A DNA stretch of 64,000 nucleotides, taken from NCBI GenBank assembly GCA_050250935.1, contig JBFWNS010000001.1, positions 387,515 to 451,514 on the forward strand, given 5' to 3'. The notes below the pieces were generated by a model that did not search any database, was not told the DNA's origin, and was given only the letters and a program-made list of their open reading frames with translations. This document shows positions 41,479 to 51,561 of this stretch, one piece after another. The stretch is from Candidatus Margulisiibacteriota bacterium (lineage in GTDB: Bacteria > Margulisbacteria > Marinamargulisbacteria > JBFWNS01). Within the stretch, counting starts at the first letter, position 1. Each line of letters begins with the position of its first letter. The position numbers and the translations under genes were made by a program.

Positions 41479-43206
41479 TTATTGGGTTCCTGCCAACTGG
41501 GCTTGTAAGTGCTGGACCAGATCGGCAACCGTCATGCTGCCCAGGTCGTCGTTGTGCTTGCGAACCGAGATGGTGCCTTGTTCGGCTTCCTTGCCTCCGA
41601 TCACAAGACTGTAGGGTACTTTTTCGAGGGTGGCTTGGCGAATTTTTTGGCCCAGGCGATCGGAACTGAGGTCTGGCTCTACCCGAAAACCATGGGCTTC
41701 CAGGGCGTCTTGCACCGTTTGGGCATAGGCGGCCACCGAGTCGTTAACGGTGATCAACTTTACTTGAACCGGGGCCAACCACAAGGGGAATCGGCCTTCG
41801 TAATGCTCGATTAAAACCCCAAAAAACCGCTCGATGGAGCCCAACAACGCCCGATGGACCATATAGGGTCTTTTTTTAGCGCCATCGGAACCGATATAGG
41901 TCATATCGAAGCGTTCGGGGAGGTTAAAATCGAATTGAACCGTGGAACACTGCCATTCTCGGCCAATGGCATCTTCAATTTTGATATCGATTTTAGGGCC
42001 ATAAAAGGCACCGCCACCGTCGTCCACTTCGTAGGGAATGCCAAGCTGTTCGATGGCTCTTGCCAGGGCCGCTTCTGCCGCTGCCCACAAGGTTAAATCG
42101 CCGACATATTTTTCTTTGGGGCGGGTGGATAAAAAGACCTTAAAACGATCAAACCCAAAGGCTTTAAGCATGTCTGTACAAAAGGTTAGTACCCGCATGA
42201 TTTCGCCTTCCATTTGCTCTTCGGTGCAGATGATGTGGGCATCATCTTGGGTGAAACCGCGAACCCGCATCAATCCATGCAAAACCCCAGACCGCTCGTA
42301 GCGATAGACCGTGCCCAGTTCGGCAAAACGCAGGGGCAATTGGCGGTAGGATCGGGATTGGGTTTTATAAATCAGACAATGAAACGGACAGTTCATGGGT
42401 TTTAGAAAATAATCGTGGTCTTCCACATCCATGGCGGCATACATGTTTTCTTTGTAAAAATCCAAATGCCCGCTGGTTTTCCACAATTCGGCCTTGCCAA
42501 CATGGGGAGTGCTTAGCAAATCGTAGCCGGCTTTAAAATGCTGTTGTCGCCAAAACTCTTCGATGAGGTAGCGCACCTTGGCCCCTTTGGGATGCCACAA
42601 AATAAGTCCGCCACCAATTTCGTCGCTGACGCTGAACAGATCCAATTCTTTGCCCAAAAGTCGATGATCCCGTTTTTGAGCTTCGGCCATGCGATGCAAA
42701 TAGGTGTCCAGCTCAGCTTGGGTGTGAAAAGCGGTTCCGTAAATACGTTGCAGCATTTTGTTTTTTTCGGAGCCTTTCCAGTACGCCCCGGCCACTTTTA
42801 ACAGTTTTACAGCCCCAATGGACTCGGTATTGTTAACATGAGGCCCTTTGCATAAGTCCAAAAAGGGTCCATTTTCATAAAACGAATAACTGGGCAGTTG
42901 CAGGTCGTTTATCAGCTCTAATTTGTAGGACTGATGGCGACTTTCCATGAGTTCTTTGGCTTGATCAGCCGGCAAATCGTATTGCTTAAAGGTCTGATGC
43001 TCGGCAATAATCTGCTTCATTTTGTCTTCCAAAACCGTCAGATCTTCCGGGGTTAAAGAGCGGGGCAAATCAAAATCGTAATAAAACCCATCGTCGATGG
43101 CTGGGCCTATGGCCAATTTTGCATCGGGAAACACGTTTAAAACGGCTTGGGCCAAAACATGGGACGCGCTGTGACGAATTTCGAACAAAGAAGCTGACTG
43201 TGACAT
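41479..43206 (-). CDS. thrS: Threonine--tRNA ligase (no N-terminal TGS domain)
   Basis: RHSASH, DLCKGPH, RDHR, KPMNCP, RVRGFTQDDAH, GAFYGPKID. Confidence 0.98.
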   Translation of the reverse strand: MSQSASLFEIRHSASHVLAQAVLNVFPDAKLAIGPAIDDGFYYDFDLPRSLTPEDLTVLEDKMKQIIAEHQTFKQYDLPADQAKELMESRHQSYKLELINDLQLPSYSFYENGPFLDLCKGPHVNNTESIGAVKLLKVAGAYWKGSEKNKMLQRIYGTAFHTQAELDTYLHRMAEAQKRDHRLLGKELDLFSVSDEIGGGLILWHPKGAKVRYLIEEFWRQQHFKAGYDLLSTPHVGKAELWKTSGHLDFYKENMYAAMDVEDHDYFLKPMNCPFHCLIYKTQSRSYRQLPLRFAELGTVYRYERSGVLHGLMRVRGFTQDDAHIICTEEQMEGEIMRVLTFCTDMLKAFGFDRFKVFLSTRPKEKYVGDLTLWAAAEAALARAIEQLGIPYEVDDGGGAFYGPKIDIKIEDAIGREWQCSTVQFDFNLPERFDMTYIGSDGAKKRPYMVHRALLGSIERFFGVLIEHYEGRFPLWLAPVQVKLITVNDSVAAYAQTVQDALEAHGFRVEPDLSSDRLGQKIRQATLEKVPYSLVIGGKEAEQGTISVRKHNDDLGSMTVADLVQHLQAQLAGTQ

Positions 43207-43208
43207 GG

Positions 43209-43703
43209 CTAGTTAAAACTTAATGGGAATCCAAATCCCATTTCCTCATTTTGAGATTGCCCAGACAATAAAGCCTGGGTGAGTAAATCGAGCAGCTGAC
43301 CATTACCCGGCTCTTGGAGTGCGGTCTGAACCGTTTGGGTTACCGGATTTTTTTCGGCTTTTGTGGCTGACGATTTGTCTTGAAGTTGCTCGACCGCCTT
43401 CAGTCGCAAGGATACCCCGCGGTGAAGGGAAACCAGATTGGGATCCAAATTGAAGATCTTGCGCTGCTTGGCCGGCACTTCGGTTTGATCGAAAACAATT
43501 TCGGCATAATTTTCGGAAGTGAGGAGTCCGGTCATGGATTCGTTAACCAACTTGGACACGGTTCTGGCAATGGCCGCGCTGAGCTTTTCCAAGGCCTCTT
43601 TTTCTGTAGCCCCAATGCCACGACAAGCAGGAAAGGACGGGGTTTTGGCCAGAATTTTTGATTTATAGGGGGTTACAATCACTTCGAGTTGGCGGTAATC
43701 CAT
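43209..43703 (-). CDS. Hypothetical protein with HicB-like N-terminal domain
   Basis: AKTPSFPACRGIGATEKEALEKLSAAI resembles the HicB a.pdlpgc.t.G.t.eEA pattern. Confidence 0.6.
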   Translation of the reverse strand: MDYRQLEVIVTPYKSKILAKTPSFPACRGIGATEKEALEKLSAAIARTVSKLVNESMTGLLTSENYAEIVFDQTEVPAKQRKIFNLDPNLVSLHRGVSLRLKAVEQLQDKSSATKAEKNPVTQTVQTALQEPGNGQLLDLLTQALLSGQSQNEEMGFGFPLSFN

Positions 43704-43713
43704 GGGTGCTTCT

Positions 43714-44382
43714 TTACATAAATTGGGAATAGGAAACACCGATGGTGAACCCAGTGCCATAGCCCAAACTGTTGCTTAAATCGGTAAAGGCGGCGCGAAC
43801 CGCAAAATCAGGAAAATCGGAGAACACATAGCGAACCCCTGTATTAACTTGATACACTTTTTTGTTGCCATTGATATCGCCAATTAGCGACAATTGATTG
43901 GTCATCAGGTATTCCAACCCAGCCATCACGGTGGCGTTGACTTCGCTTTCGCCAAAATTGGCCTTAAATCCGAAATGCCCTTGGAAATTGGGGAATTTTT
44001 TACTGGCCACCATGTAGACATCGGTTAAGGAGTGGGAAGACAGGTTTTGAATCCCCAACGCCAAAGACAAGGGATATCGGCTTTCTTCGGCCATCAGATG
44101 GTATTTAACGTTTACAAACACCCCTTCTGTGGGAACTGATCCTCCAACAAACCCCAATTCCATGTTTTTGAAAGCGCCTAAATTAAATTTGTAGAACAAA
44201 CTGCTTTTTCCGTTGGATTGGGAAATCGAATCCACACCAAAATTGTATTCTTTGTACTGTAGGGCTTCGGCTGAAGGCACCATAATCAGGCCGGTTGTAC
44301 CCCCGATGGTTGGGGTGGCCAATACTGGGGTGGCCAGGGCCAGCATCAACACCAATCCGTAGCAGAGTTTTTTAATGTGCAT
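43714..44382 (-). CDS. YjbH-domain-like outer membrane protein
   Basis: Signal peptide, GGTTGLIMVPSAEAL start, beta-strand pattern. Confidence 0.6.
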   Translation of the reverse strand: MHIKKLCYGLVLMLALATPVLATPTIGGTTGLIMVPSAEALQYKEYNFGVDSISQSNGKSSLFYKFNLGAFKNMELGFVGGSVPTEGVFVNVKYHLMAEESRYPLSLALGIQNLSSHSLTDVYMVASKKFPNFQGHFGFKANFGESEVNATVMAGLEYLMTNQLSLIGDINGNKKVYQVNTGVRYVFSDFPDFAVRAAFTDLSNSLGYGTGFTIGVSYSQFM

Positions 44383-45367
44383 GTTTTTTTCCACCTTGTT
44401 TTTTATAGTTTTGAATTAAGCGACGTAAAATGGCCTGATCTTCGAGCTCCTGTTGATGCGGTCTGGCCGGATAGCCCGACAACATGCCTTTGGTCTTGTG
44501 GGACTTGGTAACCCCGCCTTTGGCAGCCACCACAATATCGTCCCCCAATTCGATGTTGTTGACGCCTACCTGGCCTGCCAAGACCACCCGACGGCCAATT
44601 TTAGCGCCGCCGACAAATCCAACTTGAGCCGTAATGATACAGTCCTCGCCGATGACGGTATTATGGGCGATATGCACCAAATTATCAATTTTGGTTCCGG
44701 ACCCAATGATTGTATCACCCAGGGTTCCGCGATCAATGGTGGCATTGCTGCCGATTTCAACCGCATCGCCAATGCGAACACGGCCCACTTGGGGAATTTT
44801 ATGGGATTTACCCGTGGCATCTTGGTGATAGCCAAACCCATCCGAGCCAATTACTGTACCTGCATGAATGGTCACATGGTTGCCCACGACAACCCCGGGG
44901 TACAACACGACTTGGGCAAACAGCCGAACATGGGTACCCACCACGACCCCAGAGCCAACACAGGCGTGGGGGCCAATGGACGTCCCTTCGCCAACCACAG
45001 CGCCGGCCTCGATACAAGCAAAGGGCCCCAGCACCACGGAGGGATGCACCTGGGCCGTGGGATGCACCCAAGCCGAAGATCCTGCCCAATCTGGGGGCTG
45101 CTCTGGATTAAACCTGGCCAACAAAACCGCCATAGCCTGGCGGGGATTTCCCACCACCAATTGGGGCAAAGACGAGGTTTCAATCGCGGTTTTAACCACA
45201 AGCGCAGCAGCCTGGGTTTGATCCAAAAACGGCTTGTATTTGTCTTCAAAACAAAAGGAAATATGGCCAGGTTGGGCTTGATCTATGGACGAAACCCCGA
45301 CAATTTCGGTGTCGGGGTCGCCTATTACGATTGCGTTTAATTCAGACGCGAGTGCTGAAAGTTTCAA
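44372..45367 (-). CDS. lpxD: UDP-3-O-acylglucosamine N-acyltransferase
   Basis: IGSDGFGY, VEIG.NATIDRG, KIDNLVHIAHN, hexapeptide repeats. Confidence 0.96.
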   Translation of the reverse strand: MKLSALASELNAIVIGDPDTEIVGVSSIDQAQPGHISFCFEDKYKPFLDQTQAAALVVKTAIETSSLPQLVVGNPRQAMAVLLARFNPEQPPDWAGSSAWVHPTAQVHPSVVLGPFACIEAGAVVGEGTSIGPHACVGSGVVVGTHVRLFAQVVLYPGVVVGNHVTIHAGTVIGSDGFGYHQDATGKSHKIPQVGRVRIGDAVEIGSNATIDRGTLGDTIIGSGTKIDNLVHIAHNTVIGEDCIITAQVGFVGGAKIGRRVVLAGQVGVNNIELGDDIVVAAKGGVTKSHKTKGMLSGYPARPHQQELEDQAILRRLIQNYKKQGGKKHAH

Positions 45368-45829
45368 CTATTTGTTCAGTTTTTCCAGTACAAAATCGGT
45401 TAAATCGAAACCGCCAGCATAGACCACCCGTTTATCCAACACGGTGTCGATGCCATATTCTTTGGCTGTTTTTTTAGAAACTTCCACAATTTTAGACAAC
45501 AACGTGCGTTGCTTTTCGGCTTCGTATTTCAACATGGATTCTTGTTTGGGCTTTAATTCACCCTCGATTTTATCGATCATTTTTTGGATTTCTTCGTCTT
45601 TTTTGCCTTTTCTTCTGGCGGTTTCCACTTCTTTTTGTTTTTCTTCAAAGATTTTTTGATACTCCAAGCGTTTTTGTTGAAGCTCGTCTTGGACTTTTTT
45701 GGCTTCTTTATAGTTCACAGAAATTTTTTCCATATCCACAAACCCGATGCTATCCGCAAACGATTGAGTGGCAAATGACAACGCAAAAACAGCAACCAAA
45801 GCAAACAGGGCGATTTTGAGGGATTTCAT
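45368..45829 (-). CDS. skp: OmpH/Skp periplasmic chaperone
   Basis: Signal peptide, IGFVDMEKI, coiled coil, DLTDFVL; position between bamA and lpxD. Confidence 0.9.
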   Translation of the reverse strand: MKSLKIALFALVAVFALSFATQSFADSIGFVDMEKISVNYKEAKKVQDELQQKRLEYQKIFEEKQKEVETARRKGKKDEEIQKMIDKIEGELKPKQESMLKYEAEKQRTLLSKIVEVSKKTAKEYGIDTVLDKRVVYAGGFDLTDFVLEKLNK

Positions 45830-45870
45830 GATAAATTTTGTCCTTTCTTTAAACACAATTAAACGCGGGT

Positions 45871-47760
45871 CTAGAATGCTTGACCAATGCTGAAGTGTAG
45901 CCTAGACACACCCAGATCGTCTAGCCCAAAGTCCAGGCGAATGGCCCCCAAGGGCGGAATATTAAACCGAACCCCAACCCCTTTTCCCACAATAAAATTG
46001 GCGGGCTGCAGGAATTTGGAATAGCCTTGAAGGGTTGCAAACCCCGTGTCCATAAACAAGATAAATTGGAAACTGTCGGTAAACAGAAACCGATATTCCA
46101 CGCTGGCCAACATTTTGGCATTTCCCGAATAACGGGGAGGCCAATCCGCAAATCCACGAACCGTGTCTGCCCCACCAATGCGGTAATATTCGCCACTAAA
46201 CAGATCTTGATCCGTGATGTTGGGCGCTGTCATAAAGCCCACATCATAGCGAAGGGCCAGCACTTGCTGATCAACCACCTTAAAAAATTTCCGTAAGGAC
46301 AAATCAATCCGGGTAAAATCCAAGGAATCTTCGGTTAATTTAAAGCTTTTTTCGACATTAAGGGAATGAAACTCCCCTTCGGTGGGGTTGAACCAGACAT
46401 CCCGGGTGTCATAGCTGATACCAGACAACAAGCTGTGCACTTTGTAAGACTTTTTTACATCGGGCAAAGTGACGGTTTCATATTTGAACCCAGTGTTGGT
46501 TTTGAGCTCGTAAGAAAAAGGAATTCCAAAATCGATCTCTACCCCTTTCCGGCGTTCGTTACGGTTGGTGAATCCGCCGCTGAGGGGGGTAACAGGGACC
46601 TGTCCATCGGTGGCCCAGGTTTTTAGGGTTAAAGACTTTCGTTTGTCCCACATCCATGGATTTACATATTTAAACTGATAGGTGGTGCTTTGCCCCGACG
46701 TCGAAGTCCCACCCAAATTGAACTGTCCTTTGAGCATGATGACTTGGCCTTCGCCAAACAAATTGTCCCAATACAAATCGGAGAAAATATTAAACCCACT
46801 GTATTGGCTGAAACCGCCGCCAAAGGTGAAGGTGCCACTAGATTCCCGTTCGGTCACATTAATTTCCATGACACTGGTGTTGGCTTCTTTTCCAGGTAAA
46901 AAATTGGGCTGCAAATCGGTAAAATAGTTCAGGTTATAAACGCGTCGAAGGTCTTCTTTAAGGGTTTTTTCTTGGAAGGGCTCGCCTGGCTGGGTGACCA
47001 TTTCTCGAAGAATGACATGGGATTTGGTTTTGAAATTGCCTGTTACAGTGATGTCTTCGATGACCCCTTCGCTGATTTTGTAGATCAAGGGCTGGCCACT
47101 GGCATCGGGGGTCTCGACGCTGACAACCTTGGCCATGGAATAGCCTTTTTGATGGTAAAAATCTTGGAGGATGTCGATATCGGCCCGAACCAAGCGCAGG
47201 TTCAGCACATCGTTGGCCTTGGATTTGAGAAGCGCTTCCAATTCCCAACCACTAAAGACTGTATTGCCCGTAAATTGGATGGCCGAAATTGTGGAATTTT
47301 CTTGAATAAAGAAAGTTAAGCGGCGCCCTTTTGGTGTGTTGTCCACAGCCGTTCTGACGGATTGGAAAACACCCAGAGACTGGATCAGTTGGATATTGCG
47401 GTTAATCAGGGCCGGGGACAAACCATCGCCGGGTCTTAACATGATTTGATTGAGGATGAGTGTGGTTGGGATGGTTTTGTTCCCTGTTACCACCATTTCG
47501 AACAACCGGTTTTCGGTGGATACTTTTTCGGGAACCGAAACTTTGTTGGACACTGGCGCATCGACAGCTTCGAGAATTTTTTTAAGGGAAAGGGGATTTT
47601 TTTGATCGGCGTTGGCAGAAGGCGAAGACTGCTTAACCGTGGTGATGACTTTTTTTAGGGTGATGGGCTTTTTGGGCGGGGTTTTAGACCAGGCTGGGGT
47701 TGCCAATAGGACAAGCACCACAGCCAAACTTACGCGGTTGCTTTTGAAAAACTGTCTCAT
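45871..47760 (-). CDS. bamA: Omp85/BamA with three POTRA-like repeats
   Basis: Three xxGNx POTRA starts, VRGF loop-6 motif, C-terminal FSIGQAF. Confidence 0.9.
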   Translation of the reverse strand: MRQFFKSNRVSLAVVLVLLATPAWSKTPPKKPITLKKVITTVKQSSPSANADQKNPLSLKKILEAVDAPVSNKVSVPEKVSTENRLFEMVVTGNKTIPTTLILNQIMLRPGDGLSPALINRNIQLIQSLGVFQSVRTAVDNTPKGRRLTFFIQENSTISAIQFTGNTVFSGWELEALLKSKANDVLNLRLVRADIDILQDFYHQKGYSMAKVVSVETPDASGQPLIYKISEGVIEDITVTGNFKTKSHVILREMVTQPGEPFQEKTLKEDLRRVYNLNYFTDLQPNFLPGKEANTSVMEINVTERESSGTFTFGGGFSQYSGFNIFSDLYWDNLFGEGQVIMLKGQFNLGGTSTSGQSTTYQFKYVNPWMWDKRKSLTLKTWATDGQVPVTPLSGGFTNRNERRKGVEIDFGIPFSYELKTNTGFKYETVTLPDVKKSYKVHSLLSGISYDTRDVWFNPTEGEFHSLNVEKSFKLTEDSLDFTRIDLSLRKFFKVVDQQVLALRYDVGFMTAPNITDQDLFSGEYYRIGGADTVRGFADWPPRYSGNAKMLASVEYRFLFTDSFQFILFMDTGFATLQGYSKFLQPANFIVGKGVGVRFNIPPLGAIRLDFGLDDLGVSRLHFSIGQAF

Positions 47761-47766
47761 GCCCAA

Positions 47767-47982
47767 CTACATCAATGCCAGCAAAAGGGACAAAAGCAAA
47801 AACGCCGCAGCCAATCCTGAGGTGACCTTATTTAAACCGGCTTCCAATCCCCGTTGGGAATTGAACATTTTGGCAGGGGCTCCAATGCCACCCATGCCAT
47901 CGCCCTTGGCGGAATGCAACAGAACCGCCACAACCAACGAGATCCCCGTTAACGACGCTAGAATAAAGAGAAACGATTTCAT
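47767..47982 (-). CDS. secG: Preprotein translocase subunit SecG
   Basis: VLLHSAKGDGMGGIG, LNKVT; two TM segments. Confidence 0.92.
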   Translation of the reverse strand: MKSFLFILASLTGISLVVAVLLHSAKGDGMGGIGAPAKMFNSQRGLEAGLNKVTSGLAAAFLLLSLLLALM

Positions 47983-48037
47983 TGCTGTCGAGTATACCTT
48001 TATGCCCGGGATTTTAGAAGCATGAATCGCTGAGCCC

Positions 48038-49063
48038 TTAGCCCAAGCGGCTTTCGCCCAATTGCCCGCAGGCAGCTGAAATATCCTGCCCTTTTCGGAA
48101 CCGAATGGTCACAGGAGCGCCCATGGCATGGATTTTTTCTTTAAAGGCCGTCAGAACAGCACTGGACACCGGTTTAAAGGGGATTCTGGAATGGGGGTTC
48201 AAATTGATCAGGTTAATTTTGGCATTGAGGTATTTGGACAGCCCCACCAATCCTTTGAGGTCTTGATCGCTGTCGTTTTTGCCTTCCAAAAGCGTGTATT
48301 CCAAGGTTAGCTTTCGGTTGTGCATGTCTTGGTATTGTTTGATGGTTTTGACCACTTCCATCAACGGATTTCGGTTTTCGATGGGCATGAGGGCCGCACG
48401 CTTGATGGGATCTGCATTTCCCACCGAGAAAGCCAAATTAATAAATTGTTGGTCTTTAATCAGGCGTTTGATGCCCTGCAAATAGCCAGCCGTGGACACG
48501 GTTATTTTTCGCTTACTGATGCCAAACCCATCGGGAGAGGTGATGATTTCGATGGCCTTAAACACATTGTCATAGTTCAACAGCGGTTCGCCCATGCCCA
48601 TAAACACAATGTTGGAAATGGGGTAGCCATCGGCAAAAGACCGGTGCAATTGACCAATGATTTCTTGGACTTCCAAATTACGCTTAAACCCGGACACACC
48701 GGTCAAACAAAATTTACAATCGACGGGACACCCACACTGGGACGAAATACACAGGGTGTTATAGGACTTTTCCTTGAGCACCACCATTTCGATGTAGGAA
48801 TTGTCGGTAAGGGTATGGATGTATTTGACCGCCAAGCCGTCTTTTGAGACCAGTTTTTCAACTTTTGTAAACACCAGGGTGTCCAAGGCTTCGGCCAAAG
48901 TGGCTCGGAGAGGCTTGGCCAGGTTGGTCATTTGCTCGAAGTCCAACACATAGCGTTTGTAGACCCAGTTGAGCAACTGGTCCGCGATAAAGGGTTTTAA
49001 CCCTTGCTCTTGGACCCAGTTTCTGAGTTCTTCGCGATTAAACGAGAGGAGATGAGGCTTCAT
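48038..49063 (-). CDS. rlmN: Dual-specificity RNA methyltransferase RlmN
   Basis: [30 protein letters not shown]. Confidence 0.96.
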   Translation of the reverse strand: MKPHLLSFNREELRNWVQEQGLKPFIADQLLNWVYKRYVLDFEQMTNLAKPLRATLAEALDTLVFTKVEKLVSKDGLAVKYIHTLTDNSYIEMVVLKEKSYNTLCISSQCGCPVDCKFCLTGVSGFKRNLEVQEIIGQLHRSFADGYPISNIVFMGMGEPLLNYDNVFKAIEIITSPDGFGISKRKITVSTAGYLQGIKRLIKDQQFINLAFSVGNADPIKRAALMPIENRNPLMEVVKTIKQYQDMHNRKLTLEYTLLEGKNDSDQDLKGLVGLSKYLNAKINLINLNPHSRIPFKPVSSAVLTAFKEKIHAMGAPVTIRFRKGQDISAACGQLGESRLG

Positions 49064-51549
49064 GCTTCTGGGGCATTTTCCTCGGAAATGTCCACTTCGC
49101 TGATTCCGATGACCGAATCTTTGGGATCCAGTTTAACAATACGCACCCCTTGGGATTCGCGTTTTTGAATAGAAATGGTGGCGATTTTGAGCTTACACAC
49201 CGTACCAGATTTGGTGACGATCATGAGCTCGTTGTCTTTTTTGGCAATGATAGCATCACGGATGCGGTCGCCTTCGACGGTTTTTCTGAAGCGAAGGGAT
49301 TTCACCCCAATACCTGCCCGTTGTTGGACACGGAATTCGTTAATGCGCACGTTTTTGCCATAGCCATTGTCGGTAATCAACAAGAGATTGTGCGTGTTGT
49401 CTTCGGGATCCAGGGCATCCATGCTGACCAACAAATCTTCTTTTTTGAGCTTAATCCCTTTAACCCCTCGGGAGGTTCGGCCCATGGGGCGCACTTGCTC
49501 TTCATCGAAGCGAATCACCATCCCGGCCGAGGTGGCCAAGACGATGTCTTTTTTGCCGTTGGTGCGTTTGACCCATTTTAGTTCGTCACCATCGTCCAAA
49601 GTCAGGGCAATGATGGCTCTGTTTTTGAAGTGAATAAAGGCGTCTAAAGGCGTCTTTTTCACAATCCCTTTTTGAGTGGTCATAAACAGATACTCATCGG
49701 GGGTAAAGGTGCGGGTGGTGATGGTGGTGGTAACAATTTCGCCTTCTTCCAAATTCAAGAAATGGGAAATGGACACACCCTTGCTTTGACGAGACGCTTC
49801 TGGCACTTGGTACACCTTCATTTTGAAGACCCGGCCTCGGTTGGAAAAACACAAGAAATAATCGTGGGTATTGGCCACCACAAATTGCTCGATAATGTCT
49901 TCTTCCCGGGTTTCCATGCCCATCACGCCCCGGCCGCCCCGCTGTTGGCTGCGGAACAAGGTTACGGGCATGCGTTTTACAAAGCCTTTTTCAGAGATCA
50001 GAACGGCCACTTGTTCGTCTGGAATCAAATCTTCCAAATCCACTGTACCTTCGGCATCGATGATTTCGGTGCGGCGTTTGTCGCCAAATTTGTCGCGAAT
50101 TTCGATATGTTCGTCTTTGATGATCTGAAACACGCGGCTTTCGTTGGCTAAAATGTCTTCCAAATCTTTGATGTGGGCCAAAATGTTTTGGTATTCGTTT
50201 TCGATTTTGTCGCGTTCCAAACCGGTTAACCGTTGAAGCCGCATTTCCAAAATGGCGTTGGATTGTTTTTCGGATAACCCAAACGTCTCCATCAACCCTG
50301 CACGGGCCACATCGGTGTTGGCGGATTGCTTAATCAGGGCAATCACCGCATCAATGTTTTCCAAAGCAATCCGCAACCCTTCCAAAATATGAAGGCGGTT
50401 TTTGGCATTGGCCAGATCATATTGGGTACGACGCACAATCACTTCTTTGCGGTGGGCAATGTAGTGCACCAAAATTTCTTTGATGTTGAGTGTTTTGGGA
50501 ATGCCACCCACCAAGGCCACCATGTTCACCCCAAAAGTTGTTTGCAATTGGGTGTGTTTATACAGCTGGTTTAAGACAACCTCCGCAGAAGCATCTCGTT
50601 TTAATTCCACATAAATCCGCATCCCTTTACGGTCGGATTCGTCCCGCAAATCGGCAATGCCGGTGATTTTTTTATCTTGAACCAATTCCGCAATTTTAAT
50701 AATCAGATTGGCCTTGTTCACTTGGTAGGGGATTTCGTGAATGATGATGGCGGATTTGCCCTTTTTCTTGGACTCTTCAATGCTGGTTCGACCGCGCATG
50801 AGAATGCTTCCACGACCGGTGTGATAGGCGTTATAGATGCCCTGGCGACCACAAATCATGGCTGCGGTTGGGAAATCGGGACCGGTGATGTGTTCCATCA
50901 ACCCATCAATTTCAATGTCAGGGTTATCCACCAACGCAATAATGCCATTCACCACTTCGGTTAGGTTGTGGGGGGGAATGTTGGTCGCCATCCCAACGGC
51001 AATCCCTGCCGTACCGTTAAGAAGCAAGGTTGGCAATCGGGTGGGTAATACGGTGGGCTCTTCCAAAGACTCGTCAAAATTGGGGGCAAAATTTACGGTA
51101 TTTTTTTCGATATCGTCTAGCAAACTCATGCTGATGCGGGACATTTTGGCCTCGGTATACCGCATGGCCGCCGCGTTATCGCCGTCAACGGACCCGTAGT
51201 TGCCTTGACCATCAATGAGGGGATAGCGCAGTGAAAAATCCTGGGCCATCCGCACCAAGGAATCGTATACCGCGGAATCGCCATGGGGATGGTAACGCCC
51301 CAAAACGTCGCCCACGATCCTGGCACATTTTTTATAGGGCTTACCCGAGGTAAAACCGGCATCGTACATGGCGTACAAAATACGGCGGTGAACCGGCTTT
51401 AAACCGTCCCGAACATCGGGCAAGGCACGGCCCACAATAACGGACATGGCATATTCCAAATAGGAATTTTTCATCTCGTCATCGATGTTGATGCTGGGCT
51501 TTTTGGGTTCTTCAAATAGGGGTTCTAAGAGGGATTGTTGTTCGTCCAT
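49060..51549 (-). CDS. gyrA: DNA gyrase subunit A
   Basis: [14 protein letters not shown], GyrA-box QQRGGRG. Confidence 0.98.
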   Translation of the reverse strand: MDEQQSLLEPLFEEPKKPSINIDDEMKNSYLEYAMSVIVGRALPDVRDGLKPVHRRILYAMYDAGFTSGKPYKKCARIVGDVLGRYHPHGDSAVYDSLVRMAQDFSLRYPLIDGQGNYGSVDGDNAAAMRYTEAKMSRISMSLLDDIEKNTVNFAPNFDESLEEPTVLPTRLPTLLLNGTAGIAVGMATNIPPHNLTEVVNGIIALVDNPDIEIDGLMEHITGPDFPTAAMICGRQGIYNAYHTGRGSILMRGRTSIEESKKKGKSAIIIHEIPYQVNKANLIIKIAELVQDKKITGIADLRDESDRKGMRIYVELKRDASAEVVLNQLYKHTQLQTTFGVNMVALVGGIPKTLNIKEILVHYIAHRKEVIVRRTQYDLANAKNRLHILEGLRIALENIDAVIALIKQSANTDVARAGLMETFGLSEKQSNAILEMRLQRLTGLERDKIENEYQNILAHIKDLEDILANESRVFQIIKDEHIEIRDKFGDKRRTEIIDAEGTVDLEDLIPDEQVAVLISEKGFVKRMPVTLFRSQQRGGRGVMGMETREEDIIEQFVVANTHDYFLCFSNRGRVFKMKVYQVPEASRQSKGVSISHFLNLEEGEIVTTTITTRTFTPDEYLFMTTQKGIVKKTPLDAFIHFKNRAIIALTLDDGDELKWVKRTNGKKDIVLATSAGMVIRFDEEQVRPMGRTSRGVKGIKLKKEDLLVSMDALDPEDNTHNLLLITDNGYGKNVRINEFRVQQRAGIGVKSLRFRKTVEGDRIRDAIIAKKDNELMIVTKSGTVCKLKIATISIQKRESQGVRIVKLDPKDSVIGISEVDISEENAPEA

Positions 51550-51561
51550 TGTGGTTTCTCC

